Below the pieces are notes generated by a model, which saw only the letters and a program-made list of their open reading frames with translations, was not told the origin of the DNA and searched no databases. From Camelus ferus (Eukaryota), in NCBI RefSeq assembly GCF_009834535.1, contig NC_045696.1, positions 52,764,001 through 52,828,000 on the forward strand: a stretch of 64,000 nucleotides of DNA. Direction: 5' to 3'. A program made the position numbers and the translations under genes. This document shows positions 23,320-36,238 of this stretch, one piece after another; the first letter of the stretch is position 1; each line of letters starts with the position of its first letter.

Positions 23320-23833
23320 AACACTCCTCTGTTCAGCAGCTCTTCATGGCTCTCTGCCTTCTGATCATGTGCTAGGATTGTACTTCTTTTGTTTTTTTAA
23401 TTTTATTTTATTGAGTTATAGTCAATTTATAATGTTGTGTTAATTTCCAGTGTAGAACACAATTTTTCAGTTATACATGATCATACATATATTCATTGTC
23501 ACATACTTTTTCACCTTGAGGATTGTACTTCTTATTCTCTGAGTCTGGGTCATGTGACTAGTTCTAGCTGTTGAGTTGTAAGTAGTAGTGACTTCCTGGC
23601 ATAAGCAAATACATGCCCATGTGAGTCTCTCAAATTCTTTCTTTCTGTCTCTGCAACTGGTAGTACTCAAGATGACCAATGTCTGAGTTACTACAGAGCA
23701 GAGCTTCCATCTCCCACCTATAATCTGGGAGGGACAAGTTAAGTAATTAAGAATATAACGTAGTTGATTTAAGTCACTGAGATTTGGGGGATGTTCGTTA
23801 TCACAGCCTAATCTCACCTATCCTGACTGATAC
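23320..23833 (+). mobile_element. Old MaLR LTR (MLT1H/I-like) containing a nested L1 tail
   Basis: 3' end TTTAAGTCACTGAGATTTGGGGGATGTTCGTTATCACAGC...CTATCCTGACTGATACA. Confidence 0.65.
23389..23518 (-). mobile_element. Very short young L1 3' end
   Basis: Same 3' sequence as 266-550. Perfect 15-bp TSD AGGATTGTACTTCTT (23374-23388, 23519-23533). Confidence 0.92.
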
Positions 23834-24736
23834 AGGCAGCAAAGGATAGAATGTCTAGTATTATATATTCAACAAAAGGCAGTTATCAGTAGGCATATTT
23901 AATAAACCAAATTTACACTACTTTACTATTTAAGAAGCAGTTTAGAAGTATTCTATTATTAACATTACATAATCCCATGAAATGGCTGAAAGAGGGGTAT
24001 CACCTTCAACCCCCATCTTACAGTTGAGGCAACTAAAACTGGCAATTGATATCCATGAGAATTTTAATAAGGCAGGCAGAAATTTTCAGAGGCAAAAGTA
24101 GATTCCATGGTTTTGCCTTTCAGATAGGTGACCTTTGACAGAGCCACACAGGAAATATTAGAAATAAATAATTCACATTGATAAAAACTCTTACTCTTGA
24201 GAAGCTTACAATTTCACTGGGAGTGAAAAGAATTGAAATCATTGTAAATCATCAATGAAAGCTTTGGCTTTGTTTAAGTTCTAAATTATAGGTATAAGGG
24301 AGTGAGCTGTAGGAGATCAAAACTAAGTAAGATTAATTTGCAATAAAAAAGTTTGGCAGGAGCCTTCATAAAAAGATGAGATTTGAGATTAGGTATACAC
24401 TACTTTATTTGAAAGAATTTGCTCTGATGAAACTACAAATTATGAATTGTATCAGACAATTGGTTAATTCTTACTTATATTTCAGGACTCAGTTTAGATG
24501 TGGCCACCTCTGAGAGGTCTTTCCCGACTGTTGCCATCTGCTTTAGGGGCCCTGTTGCCATGACACTTAACTGCTCTGCTAGCACTCCACTATATTAAAA
24601 CCACCCGTTTAATTGTTAGATGCTAACTTCAGTTGTCTATTAAACTCTAGGACACTAAGGGCTGGGATCAAGTGTTTTTTGCACACCTGCATCTAATACC
24701 AAGGTTGACGATTCAGAGGTCACGCAATAATGTTTG

Positions 24737-25096
24737 TGTTGTGGACTGAAAGTTCGTGTCTCCCCAGATTCATATGTTGAAGCCTAATCCCCAGTGTGAT
24801 GGTATTATGAGGTGGGGCCTTTGAGAGGTGCTTTGATCATAAGGGTGGAGCCCTCCTGAATGGGATTACTGCCCTTATAAAAGAGGCTCCACAGAGCTCC
24901 CGAGTCCTTTCCACCATGTGAGGACACAGGGGGAAGTCAACAGTCTGCAACCAGGAAGGTCTTCACCAGAACCTGACCATGCTGGCACCTTGATCTTGGA
25001 CTTCCAGTCTCCAGAATTGTGAGAGATAAATTTCCATTGTTCATAAGCCATCCAGTCTGTGATATGCTGTTATAGCAGCCTGAACTTACCAGGACA
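24737..25096 (+). mobile_element. MaLR solo LTR (MLT1A-like)
   Basis: TGTTGTGGACTGAA...CATATGTTGAAGCCTAATCCCCAGTGTGATGGTATT...GCTGGCACCTTGATCTTGGACTTCCAG...GTTATAGCAGCCTGAAC. Confidence 0.9.
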
Positions 25097-27519
25097 CTAT
25101 GAGTAGAAATTAAAGTATTTTTCAATGGCACAGAGAAAATTCTATAATCTGGAGAATGTTTTACAGATTGACTGATTCCAGAACATCTTGGTCAGTGCCT
25201 CTGCCATCTCTGCCCTTAAGATATTTACACAGAGCCCATCAGTGGGAAAATCGTTCCCATTTCTCCTACTCCAGTAATGTCAGCATTCAAAAGAGACGCC
25301 CATTTGAGCTCTGAGTTGATAATGACAAACAGGGATGGTTCTGACAACTCAGAAGTGATTTTTATATATCCTGGAGGTGGCTAAAGGAAGGGAAAGAGAA
25401 GAGGTGTATTTCCCCGTCGGACCAGAAAGCAGAAGGTATCGCCTGTTACGCATCTTCTGACTTAACTGGTCCTGACAGCACAGGGGCCATTAATAAAGGC
25501 TTTCTAGCCTGTCGCATGCATGTGTGGGCTTAAAAGCCCTGTTCCCCCAGGGCCATTAGAAAGAGGACCAGGTCTGCTGCACATATGCATCTGCCAGGCA
25601 GACGCTGGCTGCCAGCCACTGGAAACGCCAGACCTGGCTGATGGGGCCAAGACCGTGCACAGCTGTGGTCTGGAAAGAAGTTGGGAGAGGAAGATAATTT
25701 CTATGAATATAGGGGAAAGGACGGAAGAGGAATACATAACAGAAAGAAGAAACATTTATTAAGCGACTCATCTGTGTGCTTTGATTTAGGTGTTTGGCTC
25801 ATCCCACGACTCTAAAGTGAGTGCTGCATCACCCTCTTCCTGATCCCGCATTTCTTCATCTTGGAGACAACAAGGCAACGCCAGTCAGTGTGAGAGACGG
25901 GACTCTTAGACTAGAAAGGCTCATCTTTAACCGCCGTGCAATTTGGCCTCCCGTGCCTTTCGGTGGTGACGGGGCAAGAATGGTGGGTGTCTGACAGGAC
26001 TTGCCAAGAGAGGCCAGAGGCCGGCGGACAGAGAGCAAATGGAGTCTGTCGAGGTGGGAAGCACTTTATTTCCTGTCTGCCTGTTTCGCTCTGAAATGGC
26101 CTCAGTACCTCTGCGCATTTCATTATACAGCTGTCTCCATTTACAGAAGCGTGTTCAAGGTTTAATGGAGTCCCTTGGCTCTGCATTTTGAAATATTCAT
26201 GGGCCTTTAGCAGTTCCTTTCATGCTCACCTTCTCCTCCATTAGGGAAGAGACCTTGGAGGAGAGAGCTGAGAGGAAGCCAGCGCCCGAGGAGGGATGTG
26301 CGCGCGGCGGGTGCTTACCCAGCTCCAGGGGCCGAAAGGAAGTGCTCTTCCCCAGGGAGGGTGCCTGCCTCCCCGGAATCTGAAAGGCAGGGAGGGAGGA
26401 ATGGCACATTCTGGGAATTGGCCTTGGACTGGTCTCCGCCAGTGTCTGCCCTCCGCACTAGATAAGCGTCTACCACAGCTCAAAAAAAATTATGAAAAGT
26501 TGCCTCCCTGAAAGGACTTGGGAAGGGTCAGCAAACAAGAACTACCCTTTGCTTCTCAGAATGGCACCTTCATTGCCGCCCTGGGGCCCCTGCTCCACCT
26601 TCAGATCTGCCCACCCAGCTCCTTCCTATTATCATCAGCCTGTTGCCTCTCAACCACAGGAGGAGCACAGCATCACACAGTGATGTAGCAGGGACCCTCA
26701 GGGATTTTGATCCTGGCTTACTAAAGTGAAAACAAGAAAAATATGTATATAGCTTGCTTTTAATACCACTGCCTATCTACCAAACACGAGTCCTTTTCTA
26801 GAACAAAGTCTAGCTCTTTTAATAGCTGTCCTCGGCAGAGTACCTAGTACATGCTGGGTACCGTAACTATCTTGTCAGGTAAATACAATCCTCTTTGAGA
26901 AAGAAGGAAATTGAGGCTCAGAGAAATCAAATGACTTCAAGCCTCTCTTGGATGAGCTGAGATTTGGACCCCACTCTAATTCCAAAGCCCAAACCTTCTT
27001 CATTTTCTAGCTCTCTTGCTAAAAGTAGTTTGAGAGTTCCAAGCCTTAATATTACTTTTAAAAATAAACAAAAATATGTTTTTCAAGTAGAATATAGATA
27101 CTCTAATTTTAAGCTTGGGGGATTCATGAATAACCCCAATTAAGTGAAGAAGTTAAAAATAAATTAAGAGAATAAATTAAATAAAAACCATTAACAACTG
27201 CTCATTGTAGGCTTATATAAATATTATGCAATCAGACATAAATCATATTAAATGGAGAAATTCCTCTGGGAAGGAATTATGAAACTGCATTCAAGTGCAT
27301 AAAGGAAAAGCTAGATAAAAGCAGAGATGCAATAAGCAGGTAAGATAGGAAAAGCATGCCTAGAACAAAAATAGATTGCTTATTAATACTGTTTCTTAGG
27401 TCTTAAAAATTGTCCTCCCCTTTCCTAGGAATTCTTCCATTTAACATAAGCTGTAGTCAGATTACATGATATTAATATAACATCTTTTTCTATTCACTGA
27501 ATATATATTTATTGACCAA

Positions 27520-27760
27520 TGATAACTCATATTTATTAAGTACTTATTATGATCTCAGCCCTGATCTAAGTATTTTATATATATATATATGAAATATATA
27601 TATATGAAACCACATTTAATACTCACAATGATATGACATTATTTTTATTCTCATTTATAGATGAGCATGCAAAAGCACAGAGAGGTTATAACACTTGCCC
27701 AAAGTCACTCAGCCCATGGCAGAAACAGAAACCAAACTCAGGAAGTCTGTTTCCATACTA
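27520..27760 (-). mobile_element. MIR remnant with an internal (TA)n microsatellite (~27576-27605)
   Basis: CATATTTATTAAGTACTTA...CATTTATAGATGAG...GCACAGAGAGGTT...ACTTGCCCAAAGTCAC. Confidence 0.75.
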
Positions 27761-29071
27761 CATAAGATATCTGTGCTAACATTCTTCCCCACATCCATAG
27801 ATGTGTCTTTTGTAGGAAGTGCATGGCCAGATCCCAGTCTCTAACCCACTACCCTACGCTACTTCTCAGCGAAAGGTTAGGCACTGCACTAGGCCACGAG
27901 ATGACCAAAGCCCATCTATCCTCTTCCTAAGGAGCTCACAGTCTCAGAGGAAACAAAGCCTGGGATCAGTCATCTCACCCGTGACCTCTGACCCTAGGCT
28001 CCCAACTATCCAGCCTTCCGTTGATGTTTCAGTGAAGGCAGGCCCCAGAAACCCAGAAAAAATAAGTCGACTCTCCAATTAGAAGCCAGCATTGAATTGC
28101 TATAGAATTAATTATGTAAGAGAGGTCAAATAAGTATAAAAGAGCATTAAAGTGTCTTACACCAGTCTCCTATAACACACTCTCCTGGGGGAGAAAAGGA
28201 AAACTTGACATTAGGTCTAAAAATGAGCTCTGATTTTATCTGAGAAACCATTTGGCTCGCTTGCGCTGATACGCTGAAAAGGCAGTTCCGCCTGGCCATG
28301 CAAAAATAGAGCCCCCATCCCCGCTCAGCTCTGTAAGGAGCGAGTAGGGCTCCTGCTGTAACTACTGAGATAAGAGAAGCAGAGATGAGAAATGAAACAG
28401 CAGGTTAGATGGCGCTGGTGCAGGGCCAGAAGCAGAGTTCCTGTCCCTCATTGCTATGTATTTTTTCCCTTTACGAAAGTTAACTTTTCCAGCCGGGGCT
28501 TTAAAAAACACACAATGACGCGATCATCCCAGCTGGGACAGAGGGTGGGTAGTCTTCCTTGCAGCCTCAATTAAGTAGATCACCAGGCAAATTTTCCCCA
28601 AAGGTCAAACGGGTAGAATCTTCTAGTTTCCCATCTCTGACGCCTGAGATGGAGCTGAACAGAAGCATCAGGTATCAGCTGTATGCGCCCCTGGTGTTAG
28701 GATGTGATAAATGAAGCAGGATTAGTCTGAAAGTGGGCTGTGAGATGGAAATGAAACTGACTCTTGCATGCCACCTCTTCTTTCATAAAACACCTTCTTC
28801 TCACAAAATCAGTACATTTACACTTCAATACAATCTCACTGCCAAGCTGGTAATGGCCTCATCTGCTGCTCGTTTAAGTTAAAATATTTATCTGCAAGTT
28901 TTGCCTGCAAGCTGTCCCTACACATCATTAGCAACCCATTTTATATCCTCTGGGATCCCTGTGATTCTTTGTTTTCAGTAAAATGTAGCTAATACTACAT
29001 ATTTCCTCAGATTATTGTGACAATTACATGAAATAATATATGTAAAAATGGTAAGTAAATAGATGCCTGGA

Positions 29072-29560
29072 TGTGGTCAGTCTCTTGCAAAAATGGTTGC
29101 AGTCCTTGAGCCCATTATGCGGCGTGTCCTTTGTCATATGATTTTAGAGCTTCTCCCCTTAAAAGGTAGAGTCTATTTCCCAGTCTGGGTGAGTACTGGC
29201 CTTGTACTTGCTTTGGCTGATAGAATGTGGCAGAAGACATGGTGTGTCTCGTGGGCTTTGGCTCCTTCCATTGTTCCACTGCCTTTGCCATGAATAAGCC
29301 TGGACTACCCTGCTGGAGGGATGTAGGAGAGACACGGAGAAGAACCAAATCTGTCCTAAACCAAAAAACAGAAAGCCAACAGCCAGCAGCCCCCAGTCGG
29401 AGAGGGAGTCCATCCAACCCCAGCAGAGCCACAGATGCGAGAGTGAAGCCAGCTGAGACCAGAAGAAGTACTCATAGACTTCTGAGCAATAATAAGTGTT
29501 TGCTGTTTTAAGCCATTATGTTTTGGGGTGATTTATTGTGAAGTAAGAGTTTAATGATAT
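29072..29560 (+). mobile_element. MaLR solo LTR (MLT1E/F-like)
   Basis: AGGTAGAGTCTATTTCCC...TTGCTTTGGCTGATAGAATGTGGCAGAAG...GCTGTTTTAAGCCATTATGTTTTGGGGTG. Confidence 0.8.
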
Positions 29561-29619
29561 CTTATAATTTCCTTGATCTCCTGGATCAGAAGACACAGTG
29601 GTAGAACCCAGGCTTTTCC

Positions 29620-30185
29620 AACTTTATAATATCCCAACTCCAGGCTGGTTAAAAAAAATGCACATTTCTAGGCTCTATCCCAGTCCCAAATCAGAAATTA
29701 GAGGCACAGGGAACTGGAACTTGTATGTTTAACAAGCTCTCGGGTGATTCTTAATCATTGGTAAGAACCAATGCTCTAAGACAGACTTTTCAAACTTGAA
29801 AGTACATGCCACACTTTGAGTGAAATTATCTCTCTCTAGCTACAGTCATAGCACGATGACGTCAAGCTTAGAAATAAAGTCTTTCAACTGAATTAGGAAG
29901 GAAAAATGTTACAGCTAAAACGATACAATAGTTTATAAACACACACCTTTACTTATAAAAATTCATGAATTAGATTTTGGCGAGATTGAGTGACAAGGTT
30001 CAAAGATCCAGGATGCAGAGCTTGGCTGGTCCCTGGAATCAACTATGGAGCCTTAAAAACTGAGATTGAGTCCAAGCTCCAGAAATTCTAATTTAGTTGG
30101 TATACGATGTGGTCTGGACACTGACATTTTTAAAACATCTTCAGACAATTCTAATGGGCAGCCAAGTTTGAGAACAACAACTCTA
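29620..30185. mobile_element. Two MER5-like hAT-Charlie remnants (~29620-29775 and ~30030-30185)
   Basis: TTTAACAAGCTCTCGGGTGATTCTTA; ATTCTAATGGGCAGCCAAGTTTGAGAACAAC. Confidence 0.6.
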
Positions 30186-31059
30186 AATTCTGCTATTTAG
30201 CACCATTTCCAGTTAAATGAGAAACAAAATTAAAAATTAAAATAACTCAAACAAAACAGGTGTGTGTAGTGTGGTCATTAAGGCTCCCTGTGACAGCCCA
30301 AATTACCTACTCACCAGGAAGCCTTGTAGGTCAGTTGACATCATTTATCAGCAGCTTGTCTTTATCTTAATATAGATTTAGAATCCTGGCATGCAGAAAT
30401 CTGGCCAAATCCTTTCTAAATTGCTAACATATTAAATTTTCTCATAAGGTTGGATGATTTAGCCATTGAGCTTCCTAACTGTATATTTTTAGAAATATGC
30501 ACCTTTTCCTGGGAGTATTTTTCATCGTATAAGTGCCTAACATTAAGTGTATTGGCAGTAACTGTGACTGGAGCACAGATTTGAGGAAGTATCTTAGTTT
30601 GAATAGAGAGTGATCCTGCCATAGCCTTGAGTGGTTTTAGTCTGGGCTGACAATGGTCCAGCTTTACAAACATCATCATGAGAAGATACTTTGATTACAG
30701 TGTCAACATTATCACTAATGCGGTGTGTTGATGTGTTGCTCAGGGCTGTCTCACCCCCTTCCCTTACTACCAGCAGTCTAGATTGATATAATTTCTCAGC
30801 ATAAGCAAGGATAGGAGGAGAAAGAACATGGCAAACAGGTTGATGCTTAAAATTTTTGCTGACTCATTGTCTGATAACTAAGCACTTTTAAAGCTATGGT
30901 TTTAATTAAACAATCAAGCTCAGTCTGAAATAGCTTTTCTTTACTGGGTTGGTTCTTTCCTGCTGAGTCCTGATTGTGAAATAGGAATTTAAAGATATCC
31001 ATGCTCATAATTGCCTTATCTGTGATGATTAGGACAATATAAAACACCAACAAATACAA

Positions 31060-31300
31060 GACAATTATTGAACACTTACCATATTCTAGGGACTACACTA
31101 AGGTCTTTATAAGCATTAGCTTATTTATGTTAATTCTTACAGTTGCCTTGTAAGGCAGGAGCTATTATTATGATCTGCATTTTATACATGGGGAAACCAA
31201 AGCAGGAAAAGTTAAACAACATCCACAAGGTCCCTCAACAAATAAGTAAGTGAATGCAGTGGAGTCGGGATTGGATCTTTGGCTGATAGACTCATTAATC
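31060..31300 (-). mobile_element. MIR remnant
   Basis: TATTGAACACTTACCAT...CATTTTATACATGGGGAAACCAAAGC. Confidence 0.65.
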
Positions 31301-33389
31301 GCTAAACTAAATTGGTATTTGTAGCACGCAATGTACTGTAATGGTACTTACAGAATCAGTGTATGTGTAGAGTTGGATAGAAATTTAGAGCTTATTTCCA
31401 AATCCTCTGCTTTATTTTATGGAAGAGAACAAAAATCCCAGAAAGATAAAGTGATTTGTTCCAGGTCATTGTGCAAGTTTCTGGCAGCAATAAAATTAGG
31501 ATCCATGATTCCTTAGAAAATGTACTGATAGCTCCACATTTTAAAGAAAATTCTTAAATTTTGAATCATTATCCATAAAACCCAAGTTCAGGGATATTTT
31601 CATATTCTTCACACATATGCAAAATGATCAGCTTAGTTCCTTGCACACAGTGGGTGCTCAAAAAATATTAGTACTTCCCTTGACATTTTTACTAAGGTGC
31701 TTGCTTTCTCTATTAATTATTCAGAAGAATAAAAAAATACTTGATCTCTATCTAGTACACGCTCCTGAAACTCTCTCTTCTTGTCTTCTCCTGATTACTT
31801 TCCACCTCTAGAAAGGTCACTTTCAGTCTTCAAGGCTTTTTTCTTCACCTGTTCCTTAACGCTAATGTTTCCAGCTCTTGTCTTCAATTCTCATCTCTTC
31901 CCAGTCTATACATCCTCCTTAGGCAATTTCCTCCTTGTCAATTGCTTCATCTATGTAATGTGTGCCAGTGAGTTACAAAACTGTATCTTCAGGTAAGACC
32001 TCTCTCCTGAGCTACAGTGCTACAACTTAAACTGCCTACTATATACCTAGATGTCATCCTTTCTGAGATTTAGAGACAATGTGACTCAATGTAGAACATT
32101 TGAGAGGAAGGTGGTGATGCCAGATATTTGTCTGGGACAACTGAGGTTTTCAACCCAGTTGTCTGAAATGGATCACCTGCCCTCCCTGACATTTAACATC
32201 AAAGCAGACTAATTCAAGACTACAGAGATGTCCAGTGGGCTAGCCTACCCTGCTTACAAGTAGTGTCCAGAACTCATCATTTCAAAGATCTATTTTAAAG
32301 CCTCTGTATATTTTAAAATATAAAAGCCTTTTCCTCTTGTTTCATTTTTGCCTAGGCATAACTATATATTCATGTGGGTGTGAAAGTGTATGTGTGCACT
32401 ATACATGCACACCTCTATACACATATATACTTACGTACATTTATAAACATTCATATGTTCCTCCCTTTCATATACATTTCCCGCCTTCTCATAGCGTGGT
32501 GGAAAGGTCGTGAGGTAGGGTGTGGATGGAGGCCACAACACACATATTTATTCATAGCATGAAAACATTCATCTGACCACCTACACACTCTCCAAGAGTG
32601 AAATGTTTATCAAAGTGTTCACAGTTTGTGCCATGCTGCTATGAAATCATCCCAGTGTGCCCAGAATCGTCGCAATTACCGGGTATTCATATGCCTCCCA
32701 CAGATCTTTCGATAGGGGCATGTCACTGACTGAGGCGTCTTGTTTCTGTCTGCCTGCCTTCCGCAGACACAGAGCCATCTGAAGCCAAATCACTTGAGCA
32801 GTTGTCTAGGGGAAGTGAGGAGCAGACAGGACGAGGCACTGCCCTGGTGAACCGCACAGTAAACTCCACTGCTGCCCCACGCTTTAGTCCACAGGGCTGG
32901 AAATGCTCACTTACAGGTGGCATTCAGCACACAGATTTAGCTTTATATTTTATGACGGCATTATTTCTGAGTCAGATTTTCATTTTCACTCTGTGGTGGT
33001 GCATATTCCTAAATTTAATTTCCTATAAGCACAAAATATATTACCTTGGTTTTACCATACTCTGAAGATGGAAAAACATATAAAGGAGGCAGACAATTCT
33101 TATTTCTACTTCTCACCTCAATTTATCAACCAACCTCCCCACCCTAAAATAGAAATGTCTTAATATTAGTATTATTTCAAATTTCCCCAGAATATGGATC
33201 ATTGCCTATACAATTGAGTGCTTAATTAGGGCTATTATTTTATAAAATTCAGAAAACTGCATGTATAAATTCTATAATTAAAGCTCTCCATGAATTAGCA
33301 TTCGTTATATGTATATAATTAAAACTTCTCTCTTCTTTAGGTTTTCAATTTTCACATATAAAATTTTACATTAATTTTAAAAGCTTGAA

Positions 33390-33560
33390 ATCAGTGCAAC
33401 ATAGTAGGAAGGGTATGAGGCACACAATGTTTGGATTTTAAACTTCTTTTGCATTTGGTAGATATGTGACCTTGGCCAAGTTACTTTCCGTCTTTTAGCT
33501 TTAGTTTTCTTACATGGAAATTGGTAATAACAATGCCTACATCTCAGGATTAAGTTAAAT
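33390..33560 (+). mobile_element. MIR remnant
   Basis: TGTGACCTTGGCCAAGTTACTT...AATGCCTACATCTCAGG. Confidence 0.65.
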
Positions 33561-35470
33561 ACCTTCTAGACGTTAGTTCAGAGCCCCTCACCATCTCTAG
33601 GGCACAGGAGCAAGGGTGACGTGGACCCTCATTCTGTTCAGTGTGGCTGGATTACGAGGGAGAGAGAGATGGCTTTTGTGCAGGTGCAGCAGGACCTCAG
33701 CCAGTAGGAGTAACAGTCATTTGATTTACTCAGTTCTTCAGATCCCAGCACCACTCAAAATCTCTCCCCTACTAGTCTCTGAAGTTCTCCCATCTGCTGA
33801 CCCCTCTAGCCCTTCAGTTCCCCACTCTTGGCTGATCCCAATAGCTAACTAATTTTCAAGAATTGTTTTGAATGAAGGTTCAGGCACACCTTTTTACTTT
33901 CCCCAGGTGTCCCCCACAGCGGGAGGAAAAGATGATGCAGATACAACCAATTTGTAAGAAACCTGCTAAAGTAGCGGGTCTGTTTTGTTGCAGAAGAGTT
34001 TTGTTAATGTGGACGCATTGAAAGCACACAGTCTCTAGACTGTAGCAAGAAAAAGAAGGGACAGCAGGCTGAGCCCCAGTTGTAAATTAGTAACTGAAAA
34101 GCTGGCCCTCAGGGAAGGAGGTGTCCAGACTGAGCCCCAGCCTCGCTCAGGTTTCACTCCTGCAGGATGGAGCTGGACGGCGATTTTGCTGGTGGCAAGG
34201 CAAAAGTAGAATCAGCTCAGTAGTGGCTCAGCGCACCTTCTCCTTGACCACAAGGCACAAAAATGGTGGATTCTTAAAAGATTTAGGAGGACCAGAGAAG
34301 GAAAATCTGCAAAGGAAAGTCTTCTGAAAACAACAACAAGGCCATGGCATAGAACCTGATGTACAAAACTGCTTGTCACTGGTTTAAACTGTCTCCGTAG
34401 CACATGGCTTTTTATTCTGGATGAAGTGGGCTGTAGAGAAGCTGATAGGTGACTCACCCACCCTGACAAATTAGAGCTGGGGACTTGGTGTCCTGAGGTA
34501 AACCAGAAAAGATAAAAAGATGGGAAAGGTAAGGCCACATTAGTTCACTGCAGGGGCTTAGGTGGAGGGTGGAGGGGGCGGAGATCTCGGTGAATTCTTT
34601 TTCTCATGGTAGCCTCTTCTCTCATTGAGCCCCGAGACCAAGGAGCAGACAGATCAGAAAAGCGACTTCTCATCCCACTCTATTCAGCATTAATGGCATA
34701 AAATCCCATTAGTGCACTCTAGGGGTTCATTTCACAACAGACAATGGCCTCTGAATCAGTCTGCCATGCATAATCATCTGGCAGTAGGGAAATTACACAA
34801 TCAAAAATTTCACGAAGCACCGTGAAAGGCAGCTATATGAGGTCAGGCCCATCCCTTCTTTTGTGCAGACCAGAGGAATCACATTAAGGCCAGCAAGATG
34901 GATTTTTGCTTCCTGGCCATGGCTGAATTCTCATGATCAGGCCAGGAAAGAAATCTTATATTCTTAAGAAGAGAAAGTACAAGGAAGGAGTTTTGTAATT
35001 ATTTTATAAATAGGTAAAAATAATTTTACCTCCCCCCCACCCCCGCCCTTAAGAGGCTCCTATGGTCCTTAGCAGCCCTTTTAAAGGAAACCCTCCCACA
35101 TTCCCCTCTACTGCAATCAGGTCCAGGATGATTGTCCTTCACTCTCTCCTCAGCTCTAGACCGGTTTTTTCAGTAGGTTGTCAGACTTTATCACATGCAT
35201 TTCCTTGAAATGCTTGTCTGGTAGCAAAATATCATCATGGTGTATCTCATCCTTTATTTTCAGATACATTCATCGCTACATTTATGCAGTTCCTTTCTGT
35301 TCTTAACATGAATTCATATAGTACTTTATCTTGATTCCTACAACGAATTCTATCAGGAGTCTCTCAAATCCTTCTTTCTGTTTCTATTCTCACTGCCATC
35401 ACCTAGCTTAAAATCTTATTATGCCAAGCAAAGGTTATTGCCATCTTTATTCTGGTCTTTGTGTCTTCGG

Positions 35471-35495
35471 TTTTTTTTTTTTTTTTTTTTTTTTT
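35471..35495. repeat. Poly(T) tract, 25 nt
   Basis: Read directly from the sequence. Confidence 0.95.
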
Positions 35496-35719
35496 CCAAT
35501 TTCTCCTGCTGCTAGAGTAATCTTATAATAGCAACCCTTGGTTTAACACTCTTTTGGTTAAATGGCTTAAATGATTGGCTTAAATAAATGGATTAAATTA
35601 TTTATCATATTTTAAAAAGCCCTTCAGCCTAGCGTTTACAGCCCTCAATGAAAAAAGCCCCAGTTACTTTTTTTACCTTTGCTTTTATCCATCATTTCCC
35701 ATCTGCCTCTATACTTCAT

Positions 35720-36238
35720 TCTGTGAAAGCTTTCTGAGGAGTTCACTAAGCCAGATCTTCCTGAGTAGCCCTGGAGCCCCACCCACATGCCCACAGATGA
35801 TTGGACAAGGGGTAGATAGCTAGACCAATCAGATTCTCTCTGTCCACAGAATTTGGATTTAGGAGACAACTCGGTTGATTATATGATATTCCTGGACTTA
35901 GATGGTAACATCCATGCAAGAGTGTGTGGCTGTCATTTTGCCACAGCTATCTGGGGCCTATGGAGGCTAAGAACTGGATGAAAGGAGCCCTCTGCAGAAA
36001 GAAGCACATGAATGGAGCCAAAATCCAGAAAACAGCAAAAATAAGAAGCCCAGAGAGAGAGAGAGAGATGAAAAGTAGATGTCTTGGCCCTTGAAGGCAC
36101 ACCTGCTCTTAGTTCTACACAGATATGAGGCTTAGCTGGTCTTCCTGGCTACTCCAGTGCTTAGAATAAATACCCATTAGCTTAAGCTGGTCTGAGTGAA
36201 TTTCTACTTCTTAAACTAAACAACCCCTGTCTAATATT
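35720..36238 (+). mobile_element. Old ERVL-type LTR (LTR16/LTR33-like)
   Basis: GATTGGAC...GACCAATCAGATTCTCTCT; AATAAATACCC...GCTTAAGCTGGTCTGAGTGAATTTCT. Confidence 0.55.

Noticed and set aside
28400..28420. AGATGGCGCTG as a CTCF site
   Set aside because: The 5' half (CCASY) does not match, so it is not listed as a feature.
32920..32945. TTCAGCAC as a REST/RE1 site (similar half-sites at ~5071, ~45028 and ~63365)
   Set aside because: Only the left half-site is present; the GGACAG half is missing.
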